From Chrysomallon squamiferum (taxonomy: Eukaryota > Animalia > Mollusca), in assembly GCA_012295275.1 (NCBI GenBank), contig CM022665.1:18414001-18478000 (forward strand): a stretch of DNA of 64,000 nucleotides. The letters are read 5' to 3'. A model generated the notes under the pieces. The model was not told the origin of the DNA and searched no databases. It saw only the letters and a program-made list of their open reading frames with translations. Shown in pieces: positions 54,842-64,000 of this stretch. Position 1 is the first letter of the stretch; each line of letters begins with the position of its first letter. Made by a program: the position numbers and the translations under genes.

Positions 54842-57800
54842 AAATTAAAAAGTTATAAAAAATAAAATAAATTTAATAAAACATTAACAATTTTTCCTTT
54901 TTATGTCTTCATTCAGAAGTGGATCATACTGCTACAAGCCCACACTGAACATAGCCTGTTGTCCAATGCAGACTATTCGCATGGATGCACCCAACTTCAA
55001 CCTGAGCAAAAGTCAAAAGAAAGTCATCAAAATGGTCAACCGTTATCTCATACATGGAATAAAAAGGGGAGGCAACTACACAGGTGATCAGACGTGTGCC
55101 AGAGAGCTACACGAAAAGCAACACTTAAACCAGAGTGTGCAAGAGGATTTGGAGGCCACAGGAATAAGATTGAAGGGATGCATGATGCAGAAACAGTTAG
55201 CCAGTAGCAGCAGTGGAAGTGGTATCAATGACAGCAGCAGCTGTAATGCCGATATTAGTGTCAACACCAACAGCAGTGTCATTACAAGGAACTACGGGAA
55301 AAAGAAGAAATGTTTGGAAGAAGAAACAAACGTTGGTGAAGATAAAAGTATTGGTGAGGAACAGGAAACGAAGAGAGCAAGGCCATACAAACCAGGTGAA
55401 CATGATTAACATAGTATTCCAAAAATATGATTAAAAATTAAATTATTAAATAAATTATCAGCATTACATAACATGCTACATGACCAAGTTGTCATGAGCT
55501 GCCTATTACAAACAATGTGAATGTCATTCACATAGTGTTTCAAAATTTAAATATTTTGTTAATTATTGACATTCCATATCTTGCTGCCTGACCACCTGTT
55601 TTGAAGCAAAAGAAAATTCAGAATATTGTGTCTGAATGTATTCATTAATGTATTTAATTTATATTAACTAAAATTAAAACTTTAAGGTTAAAGACATGGT
55701 ATTCTGATTCTTTAACTGTTACTTGCTACTAATGGGCTCACCAGTTATTTATTATCAATTTGCCATACTGTACAGTGGTATCTCTAATGTTGTTCAGATT
55801 TGTCATCTCTGGTTATATAATAATGTTGTTATATAATTCATTTATGTAAATATTATCTATATTACTCTTTGGTTTTAATCAACTGCAGTATTACCTTTAT
55901 TTATTTTATTACCCATGGTTTTTAACCAACTGAAGATTGGAAATATTTAAAAAAAAAAAAAATATATATATATATATATATACATCAACACACAGACATC
56001 TCAACATATATATATATGTTTAGATGTATGTGTGTTGATATAATTTAAATGTATGTTTTTAACACATAGGTTTAGATGTACAAGTGTCGATACATTTTAA
56101 ATATATTTTTTACAGGTTTAGGCCCAGATCCAAATAAACCAAAATGTCGGAAAGCCAAAGAGATAAGGTTAGAAAGGAAGAAGCAGAAAATGGCTGGTCA
56201 GTTGTCGGTCACTTCTGAGCAGGTGGATGGCTCATTGCCATCGGCAGCAAATCAGTGTGCAAGTAAGCTAAAGGTACAATTACATTTTTATTAATATGGT
56301 TTTACTGATACGTTGCTAAGTTTTAAGTATTTAGAATATTATTAGTTATAGCCTACATAGGTCAAATATTTAGTGATAGGTATAGTCCAATATTTTTATG
56401 TAAAAAAAAAGGAATAATTTATTTAAATAAATAACTTTAACACCAGTAGGCAGTACATTTGAAATTTACATATTTTTAATACCCCTTTTTAAGACTTTTT
56501 ATCGATGTTCATATTCATAATGATATGACTATGGTAATACTGAAATGGTAACTTTGACAGAAAAAATAAAAACTGAAATAAAATATTAATTTATTTAAGT
56601 AAAATTTTTAATTCTGTTTTTAAAGCTTTAACCATATTCATAAAAATATTACTTTAGTAACAGTAAGATGGTTCCTTTGATGGCTTAAAAGAAAATTTAT
56701 TTAAATAAATACGGTTCTGTTATTTGGTTACCCTATTACAACCAAAATTATATTATTTACAAATGAATGCATAACGTATAGTATATACTGTGAATAAGTA
56801 TGTCTGAAATGGAAACATTTTTTTATTATAAATAATTTTTACAGAAATGTGAAAATTCAAAGAAGACTTTGGAAGAATATCTTAGTGAACCAGATAAGGC
56901 TGAAAATACAGCTCATAAGTTGGAGGTGAGTTATTTTAAAACGTTCTTCTGATTTATGTTTTTAAATGGGACTGGAATACAGTTGGAAATTTAAACATTT
57001 TGAACATAAAAATTAACTTACACCAAAGGATGAATATAATTATATTCATCCTGAACTAGTAAATTCAGAGTAAAAGTACCTTTATTCATAAAAAAAATGC
57101 TTAAAATAATGTTAGTCATTACTCCAGCAACATAGTTAGAAAAGAGATCCTATCTGATAAAAGACAGAAATATTGTATCTGCTTTTCTTCTTTTTTAGAG
57201 ATCAAAAGTTCTTAATTTAATACGATTTGAATAAAGTATTTGAAATTCTGACAGAAAAAAGTGATCTGCATAGAAAACATTTATTTGTAAATTTTCATGT
57301 AATTTTAATATTTATAAGCCTACAACATTGTCCATTCCATTACATTATGACATAGCTTGTATGTCTTAATGACCCTGAGAGCTATATGAGTAGGGGATGT
57401 AACTCCTGGTTAGAATTCCCAAGCACTGATCTAAGAGTAGAGCTTAGATTAATATGGACCATCACCAAAATCAGATGATTTGAGCCTAACTCGTTGTAGG
57501 AAGGTGCCTAATCACAGCTTTGCTTATATGACAGACAACAACATATTTATTTATAAACAAAGAAAAATATATTAAGTTCATTCAATCCTCAAAATTAGCT
57601 GTAAGATATTTATAAATATCATTTGTCTAAAATTAGGAATGTGTTTCTATTTTAGCATCAAAAATGGTTAAATGTTCATTAATTACATCAGAAAAATATA
57701 TAAATATATTTTTTTTAAATTAAACTAAATGTTGTAAAAAAAATTATTAAATACCTTGGACAAATATTTTGTGTTATAAGATTTGTTTTGATAATAATAG

Positions 57801-58296
57801 ATTCCTTTTTTTTTTCTTTTTTTCACTCAAATTAAATCTTTAGACCAAAGTCATGACATTTTTTATCTACTTAATAATATATCCCATTTCCATTTTGAAT
57901 TTTTTTTTTTTTTTCCAGATTAAACTAATTCAGTCCTGTCCCATGTCTTGTGAATTTCTTGACAGCCATTTTGAAGCCCATAAAGTTTATGTAAAATATC
58001 AAACAACAATTCATGGTGACCCACCAAGCAAACCAAGTGAAAAACAGTACAAGAGATTTCTAGTGGATTCTCCTTTACAGGTAAACGAAAAAACATCCAA
58101 CTTTTCTCTCTCTCTTTTTTGTTTTTACCAGATAAAACTTTTATGTGTGAGTCCACCCTCGGAGGAATTTCTGCGCACTTTGTACACTGAGTCACATTGG
58201 TTGTTTAAAAAATATCAAATGTCAGTCCACAAGGAACCAGAGTCAGAGTGCCAGTTTCGTGATTTCTCTATGTTTTTGGTGGCTTCACCTTTGAAG
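52041..58296 (+). CDS. ATE1: Arginyl-tRNA--protein transferase 1 (R-transferase), 5' part; the gene continues beyond the window
   Basis: Spliced translation gives RCGYC...[44 protein letters not shown] (ATE N-domain), SKSQKKVIK, PKCRKAKEIRLERK, HKLE and YVKYQ..IH...FL..SPL, all hallmark ATE1 motifs. Confidence 0.96.
52388..53854 (+). mobile_element. Long-TIR non-autonomous DNA transposon (Sola2-like) in ATE1 intron 1
   Basis: Near-identical ~330-bp TIRs (52388-52724 and 53528-53854), GGG...CCC termini, ATAT on both flanks (4-bp TSD); internal remnant IQFYESDENSRMCLGMKDTVSI*...KHQKHLVLSNLCELY at about 52922-53060 resembles Sola2 transposases as I recall them. Confidence 0.85.
54266..54329 (+). 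CDS. ATE1: ATE1 exon 2 ([21 protein letters not shown])
   Basis: ttcag| acceptor, AG|gtaaaa donor, 64 bp. Confidence 0.95.
54917..55395 (+). CDS. ATE1: ATE1 exon 3 (RSGSYCYKP...CCP... plus Ser-rich variable linker)
   Basis: attcag| acceptor, G|gtgaac donor, 479 bp open frame. Confidence 0.92.
56116..56273 (+). CDS. ATE1: ATE1 exon 4 (GLGPDPNKPKCRKAKEIRLERKK...SKLK)
   Basis: tacag| acceptor, AAG|gtacaa phase-0 donor (an alternative in-phase donor after 56222 is possible). Confidence 0.88.
56845..56925 (+). CDS. ATE1: ATE1 exon 5 (KCENSKKTLEEYLSEPDKAENTAHKLE)
   Basis: Read by hand; tttacag| acceptor, GAG|gtgagt donor, 81 bp; ends in the conserved HKLE. Confidence 0.92.
57919..58080 (+). CDS. 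ATE1: ATE1 alternative exon 6A (IKLIQSCPMSCEFLDSHFEAHKVYVKYQTTIHGDPPSKPSEKQYKRFLVDSPLQ)
   Basis: poly-T-ccag| acceptor, CAG|gtaaac donor, 162 bp, phase 0-0. Confidence 0.92.
58132..58296 (+). CDS. ATE1: ATE1 alternative exon 6B (IKLLCVSPPSEEFLRTLYTESHWLFKKYQMSVHKEPESECQFRDFSMFLVASPLK)
   Basis: Pyrimidine tract-ccag| acceptor, AAG|gtaaac donor, 165 bp, phase 0-0; collinear homologue of 6A. Confidence 0.88.
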
Positions 58297-58344
58297 GTAA
58301 ACTCGTTGAAATAATTAGAGTTGGTGCTTATGTAAAAAGTAAAT

Positions 58345-61300
58345 TGTATATTACTGCTTTTTAGAAGTACTTAGAATTAATTAAAATATAGACTACTGCT
58401 TATTACAAGTTCTTAGAATAAATTGAAATACAGACTACTTTATTACAAGTACTTAGAATAAATTAAACCATAGACTACTGTTTATCAGAAGTACTTATAA
58501 TATATTAACATATAGACTAGTGCTTATTAGAAGTACTTAGAATAAAAACAACCATAGACTACTGCTTATTAGAAGTACTTATAATATATTAACATATAGA
58601 CTAGTGCTTATTAGAAGTACTTAGAATAAATTAAACCATAGACTACTGTTTATCAGAAATACTTAGAATAAATTAAACCATAGACTACTGTTTATTAGAA
58701 GTACTTATAATAAATTAAACCATAGACTACTGTTTATTAGAAGTACTTAGAATAAATTAAACCACAGACTACTGTTTATTAGAAATACTTAGAATAAATT
58801 AAACCATAGACTACTGTTTATTAGAAGTACTTAGAATAAATTAAACCATAGACTACTGTTTATTAGAAGTACTTAGAATAAATTAAACCATAGACTACTG
58901 TTTATTAGAAATACTTAGAATAAATTAAACCATAGACTACTGTTTATTAGAAGTACTTAGAATAAATTAAACCATAGACTACTGCTTATTAGAAATACTT
59001 AGAATAAATTAAACCATAGACTACTGTTTATTAGAAGTACTTAGAATAAATTAAACCATAGACTACTGCTTATTAGAAATACTTAGAATAAATTAAACCA
59101 TAGACTACTGTTTATTAGAAGTACTTAGAATAAATTAAACCATAGACTACTGTTTATTAGAAGTACTTAGAATAAATTAAAATACACACTACTGCTTATT
59201 AGAAGTACTTAGAATAAATTAAACCATAGACTACTGTTTATTAGAAGTACTTATAATAAATTAAAATACACACTACTGCTTATTAGAAGTACTTAGAATA
59301 AATTAAACCATAGACTACTGCTTATCAGAAATACTTAGAATAAATTAAACCATAGACTACTGTTTATTAGAAGTACTTATAATAAATTAAAATACACACT
59401 ACTGTTTATTAGAAGTACTTATAATAAATTAAAATACACACTACTGCTTATTAGAAATACTTAGAATAAATTAAACCATAGACTACTGTTTATCAGAAAT
59501 ACTTAGAATAAATTAAACCACAGACTACTGTTTATTAGAAGTACTTAGAATAAATTAAACCATAGACTACTGCTTATTAGAAATACTTAGAATAAATTAA
59601 ACCATAGACTACTGTTTATTAGAAGTACTTAGAATAAATTAAACCATAGACTACTGCTTATTAGAAATACTTAGAATAAATTAAACCATAGACTACTGTT
59701 TATTAGAAGTACTTAGAATAAATTAAACCATAGACTACTGTTTATTAGAAATACTTAGAATAAATTAAACCATAGACTACTGTTTATTAGAAGTACTTAG
59801 AATAAATTAAACCATAGACTACTGTTTATTAGAAGTACTTAGAATAAATTAAAATACACACTACTGCTTATTAGAAGTACTTAGAATAAATTAAACCATA
59901 GACTACTGTTTATTAGAAGTACTTATAATAAATTAAAATACACACTACTGCTTATTAGAAGTACTTAGAATAAATTAAACCATAGACTACTGCTTATCAG
60001 AAATACTTATAATATATTAACATATAGACTACTGCTTATTAGAAGTACTTAGAATATATTAACATATAGACTAGTGCTTATTAGAAATACTTAGAATAAA
60101 TTAAACCATAGACTACTGTTTATTAGAAGTACTTAGAATAAATTAAACCATAGACTACTGCTTATTAGAAGTACTTAGAATAAATTAAACCATAGACTAC
60201 TGTTTATCAGAAATACTTATAATATATTAACATATAGACTACTGCTTATTAGAAGTACTTAGAATATATTAACATATAGACTAGTGCTTATTAGAAATAC
60301 TTAGAATAAATTAAACCATAGACTACTGCTTATTAGAAGTACTTAGAATATATTAAACCATAGACTACTGTTTATTAGAAGTACTTAGAATAAATTAAAC
60401 CATAGACTACTGCTTATTAGAAGTACTTAGAATAAATTAAAATACACACTACTGCTTATTAGAAGTACTTAGAATAAATTAAAATACACACTACTGCTTA
60501 TTAGAAGTACTTAGAATAAATGAACGTATAGACTACTGTTTATTAGAAGTACTTAGAATAAATTAAACCATAGACTACTGCTTATTAGAAATACTTAGAA
60601 TAAATTAAACCATAGACTACTGCTTATTAGAAGTACTTAGAATAAATTAAACCATAGACTACTGCTTATTAGAAATACTTAGAATAAATTAAACCATAGA
60701 CTACTGTTTATTAGAAATACTTAGAATAAATTAAACCATAGACTACTGTTTATTAGAAGTACTTAGAATAAATTAAACCATAGACTACTGTTTATCAGAA
60801 GTACTTAGAATAAATTAAACCATAGACTACTGTTTATTAGAAGTACTTAGAATAAATTAAAATAGACTACTGTTTATTAGAAGTACTTAGAATAAATTAA
60901 ACCATAGACTACTGCTTATTAGAAGTACTTAGAATAAATTAAACCATAGACTACTGTTTATTAGAAGTACTTAGAATAAATTAAACCATAGACTACTGTT
61001 TATTAGAAGTACTTAGAATAAATTAAACCATAGACTACTGTTTATTAGAAGTACTTAGAATAAATTAAACCATAGACTACTGTTTATTAGAAGTACTTAG
61101 AATAAATTAAACCATAGACTACTGTTTATTAGAAGTACTTAGAATAAATTAAACCATAGACTACTGTTTATTAGAAGTACTTAGAATAAATTAAACCATA
61201 GACTACTGCTTATTAGAAGTACTTAGAATAAATTAAACCATAGACTACTGTTTATTAGAAGTACTTAGAATAAATTAAACCATAGACTACTGCTTATTAG

Positions 61301-64000
61301 AAATACTTAGAATAAATTAAACCATAGACTACTGTTTATTAGAAATACTTAGAATAAATTAAACCATAGACTACTGTTTATTAGAAATACTTAGAATAAA
61401 TTAAACCATAGACTACTGTTTATTAGAAGTACTTAGAATAAATTAAACCATAGACTACTGCTTATTAGAAATACTTAGAATAAATTAAACCATAGACTAC
61501 TGTTTATTAGAAGTACTTAGAATAAATTAAACCATAGACTACTGTTTATTAGAAGTACTTAGAATAAATTAAACCATAGACTACTGTTTATTAGAAGTAC
61601 TTATAATAAATTAAAATACACACTACTGCTTATTAGAAGTACTTAGAATAAATTAAACCATAGACTACTGCTTATCAGAAATACTTATAATATATGAACA
61701 TATAGACTACTGCTTATTAGAAGTACTGAGAATATATTAACATATAGACCAGTGCTTATTAGAAATACTTAGAATAAATTAAACCATAGACTACTGCTTA
61801 TTAGAAGTACTTAGAATATATTAACATATAGACTACTGTTTATCAGAAGTACTTATAATAAATTAAACCATAGACTACTGCTTATTAGAAATACTTAGAA
61901 TAAATTAAACCATAGACTACTGCTTATTAGAAGTACTTAGAATAAATTAAAATACACACTACTGCTTATTAGAAGTACTTAGAATAAATTAAACCATAGA
62001 CTACTGCTTATTAGAAGTACTTAGAATAAATGAACGTATAGACTACTGTTTATCAGAAGTACTTATAATAAATTAAACCATAGACTACTGCTTATTAGAA
62101 ATACTTAGAATAAATTAAACCATAGACTACTGCTTATTAGAAGTACTTAGAATAAATTAAACCATAGACTACTGCTTATTAGAAGTACTTAGAATAAATT
62201 AAACCATAGACTACTGTTTATTAGAAGTACTTAGAATAAATTAAACCATAGACTACTGTTTATTAGAAGTACTTAGAATAAATTAAACCATAGACTACTG
62301 CTTATTAGAAATACTTAGAATATATTAAACCATAGACTACTGTTTATTAGAAATACTTAGAATAAATTAAACCATAGACTACTGTTTATTAGAAGTACTT
62401 AGAATAAATTAAACCATAGACTACTGCTTATTAGAAGTACTTAGAATAAATTAAACCATAGACTACTGTTTATTAGAAGTACTTAGAATAAATTAAACCA
62501 TAGACTACTGCTTATTAGAAGTACTTAGAATAAATTAAAATACACACTACTGTTTATTAGAAATACTTAGAATAAATTAAACCATAGACTACTGCTTATT
62601 AGAAGTACTTAGAATAAATTAAACCATAGACTACTGTTTATTAGAAGTACTTAGAATAAATTAAACCATAGACTACTGTTTATTAGAAGTACTTAGAATA
62701 AATTAAACCATAGACTACTGTTTATTAGAAGTACTTAGAATAAATTAAACCATAGACTACTGTTTATTAGAAGTACTTAGAATAAATTAAACCATAGACT
62801 ACTGTTTATTAGAAGTACTTAGAATATATTAAACCATAGACTACTGCTTATTAGAAATACTTAGAATAAATTAAACCATAGACTACTGTTTATTAGAAGT
62901 ACTTATAATAAATTAAACCATAGACTACTGTTTATCAGAAGTACTTAGAATATATTAAACCATAGACTACTGTTTATCAGAAGTACTTAGAATATATTAA
63001 ACCATAGACTACTGTTTATTAGAAATACTTATAATAAATTAAACCATAGACTACTGTTTATCAGAAGTACTTAGAATAAATTAAACCATAGACTACTGCT
63101 TATTAGAAATACTTAGAATATATTAAACCATAGACTAGTGTTTATTAGAAGTACTTATAATAAATTAAACCATAGACTACTGTTTATCAGAAGTACTTAG
63201 AATAAATTAAACCATAGACTACTGTTTATTAGAAATACTTATAATAAATTAAACCATAGACTACTGTTTATCAGAAGTACTTAGAATAAATTAAACCATA
63301 GACTACTGCTTATTAGAAATACTTAGAATAAATTAAACCATAGACTACTGCTTATTAGAAGTACTTATAATAAATTAAACCATAGACTACTGTTTATTAG
63401 AAGTACTTATAATAAATTAAACCATAGACTACTGTTTATCAGAAGTACTTAGAATATATTAAACCATAGACTACTGTTTATTAGAAATACTTAGAATAAA
63501 TTAAACCATAGACTACTGTTTATCAGAAGTACTTATAATAAATTAAACCATAGACTACTGTTTATCAGAAGTACTTAGAATATATTAAACCATAGACTAC
63601 TGTTTATTAGAAATACTTAGAATAAATTAAACCATAGACTACTGCTTATTAGACATACTTAGAATATATTAAACCATAGACTAGTGCTTATTAGAAGTAC
63701 TTATAATAAATTAAACCATAGACTAGTGCTTATTAGAAGTACTTATAATAAATTAAACCATAGACTACTGTTTATCAGAAGTACTTAGAATATATTAACA
63801 TATAGACTAGTGCTTATTAGAAGTACTTATAATAAATTAAACCATAGACTACTGTTTATTAGAAGTACTTATAATAAATTAAACCATAGACTACTGTTTA
63901 TCAGAAGTACTTAGAATAAATTAAAATACACACTACTGCTTATTAGAAGTACTTAGAATAAATTAAACCATAGACTACTGTTTATTAGAAGTACTTAGAA
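58345..64000 (+). repeat. 42-bp tandem satellite (consensus AAACCATAGACTACTGTTTATTAGAAGTACTTAGAATAAATT), about 135 copies, running off the window
   Basis: Register recurs every 420 nt (10 units), e.g. at 58801, 59221 and 59641; stops in all frames; no spacers. Confidence 0.98.

Noticed and set aside
56262-56268. A|GTAAGC as the ATE1 exon 4 donor
   Set aside because: Good consensus but phase 1, incompatible with phase-0 exon 5; the donor after 56273 keeps the frame.
57390-57540. tRNA or tRNA-derived SINE head (GGGATGTAACTCCTGGTTAGA) in ATE1 intron 5; similar B-box-like text near 3070
   Set aside because: No cloverleaf or intact A/B-box pair; too degenerate to call.
57853-58314. 153-aa ORF as one continuous exon
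   Set aside because: It begins in intronic poly-T and comprises two homologous halves, each with its own splice sites; tandem exons explain it better.
58345-64000. Regular short-period array as a CRISPR array or repetitive ORF
   Set aside because: No unique spacers, no cas genes, eukaryotic intronic context, and stops in all frames.

Overview
AT-rich, microsatellite-dense animal genomic DNA with spliceosomal introns (invertebrate-like; a mollusc is plausible but not provable from the sequence). It is not prokaryotic and has no CRISPR, rRNA or tRNA genes. Positions 1-41 kb contain no convincing protein-coding gene, only simple repeats, several non-autonomous DNA transposons, TA-centred palindromes, one long inverted repeat and two candidate micro-exons. 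Positions 41.9-51.7 kb (minus strand) hold a complete 9-exon BCKDHB gene (374 aa) with a decayed FLYWCH-MULE transposon in intron 1. Head-to-head with it, 291 bp away, the arginyl-tRNA--protein transferase gene ATE1 starts on the plus strand; it has a Sola2-like long-TIR element in intron 1 and is truncated by the window end. The highlight is a pair of tandem homologous ATE1 exons (162 and 165 bp, both phase 0-0) separated by only 51 nt. They look like sterically enforced mutually exclusive exons covering the same protein segment as vertebrate ATE1 exons 7A/7B but with a different 3' boundary. A 42-bp satellite of at least 5.6 kb follows immediately.
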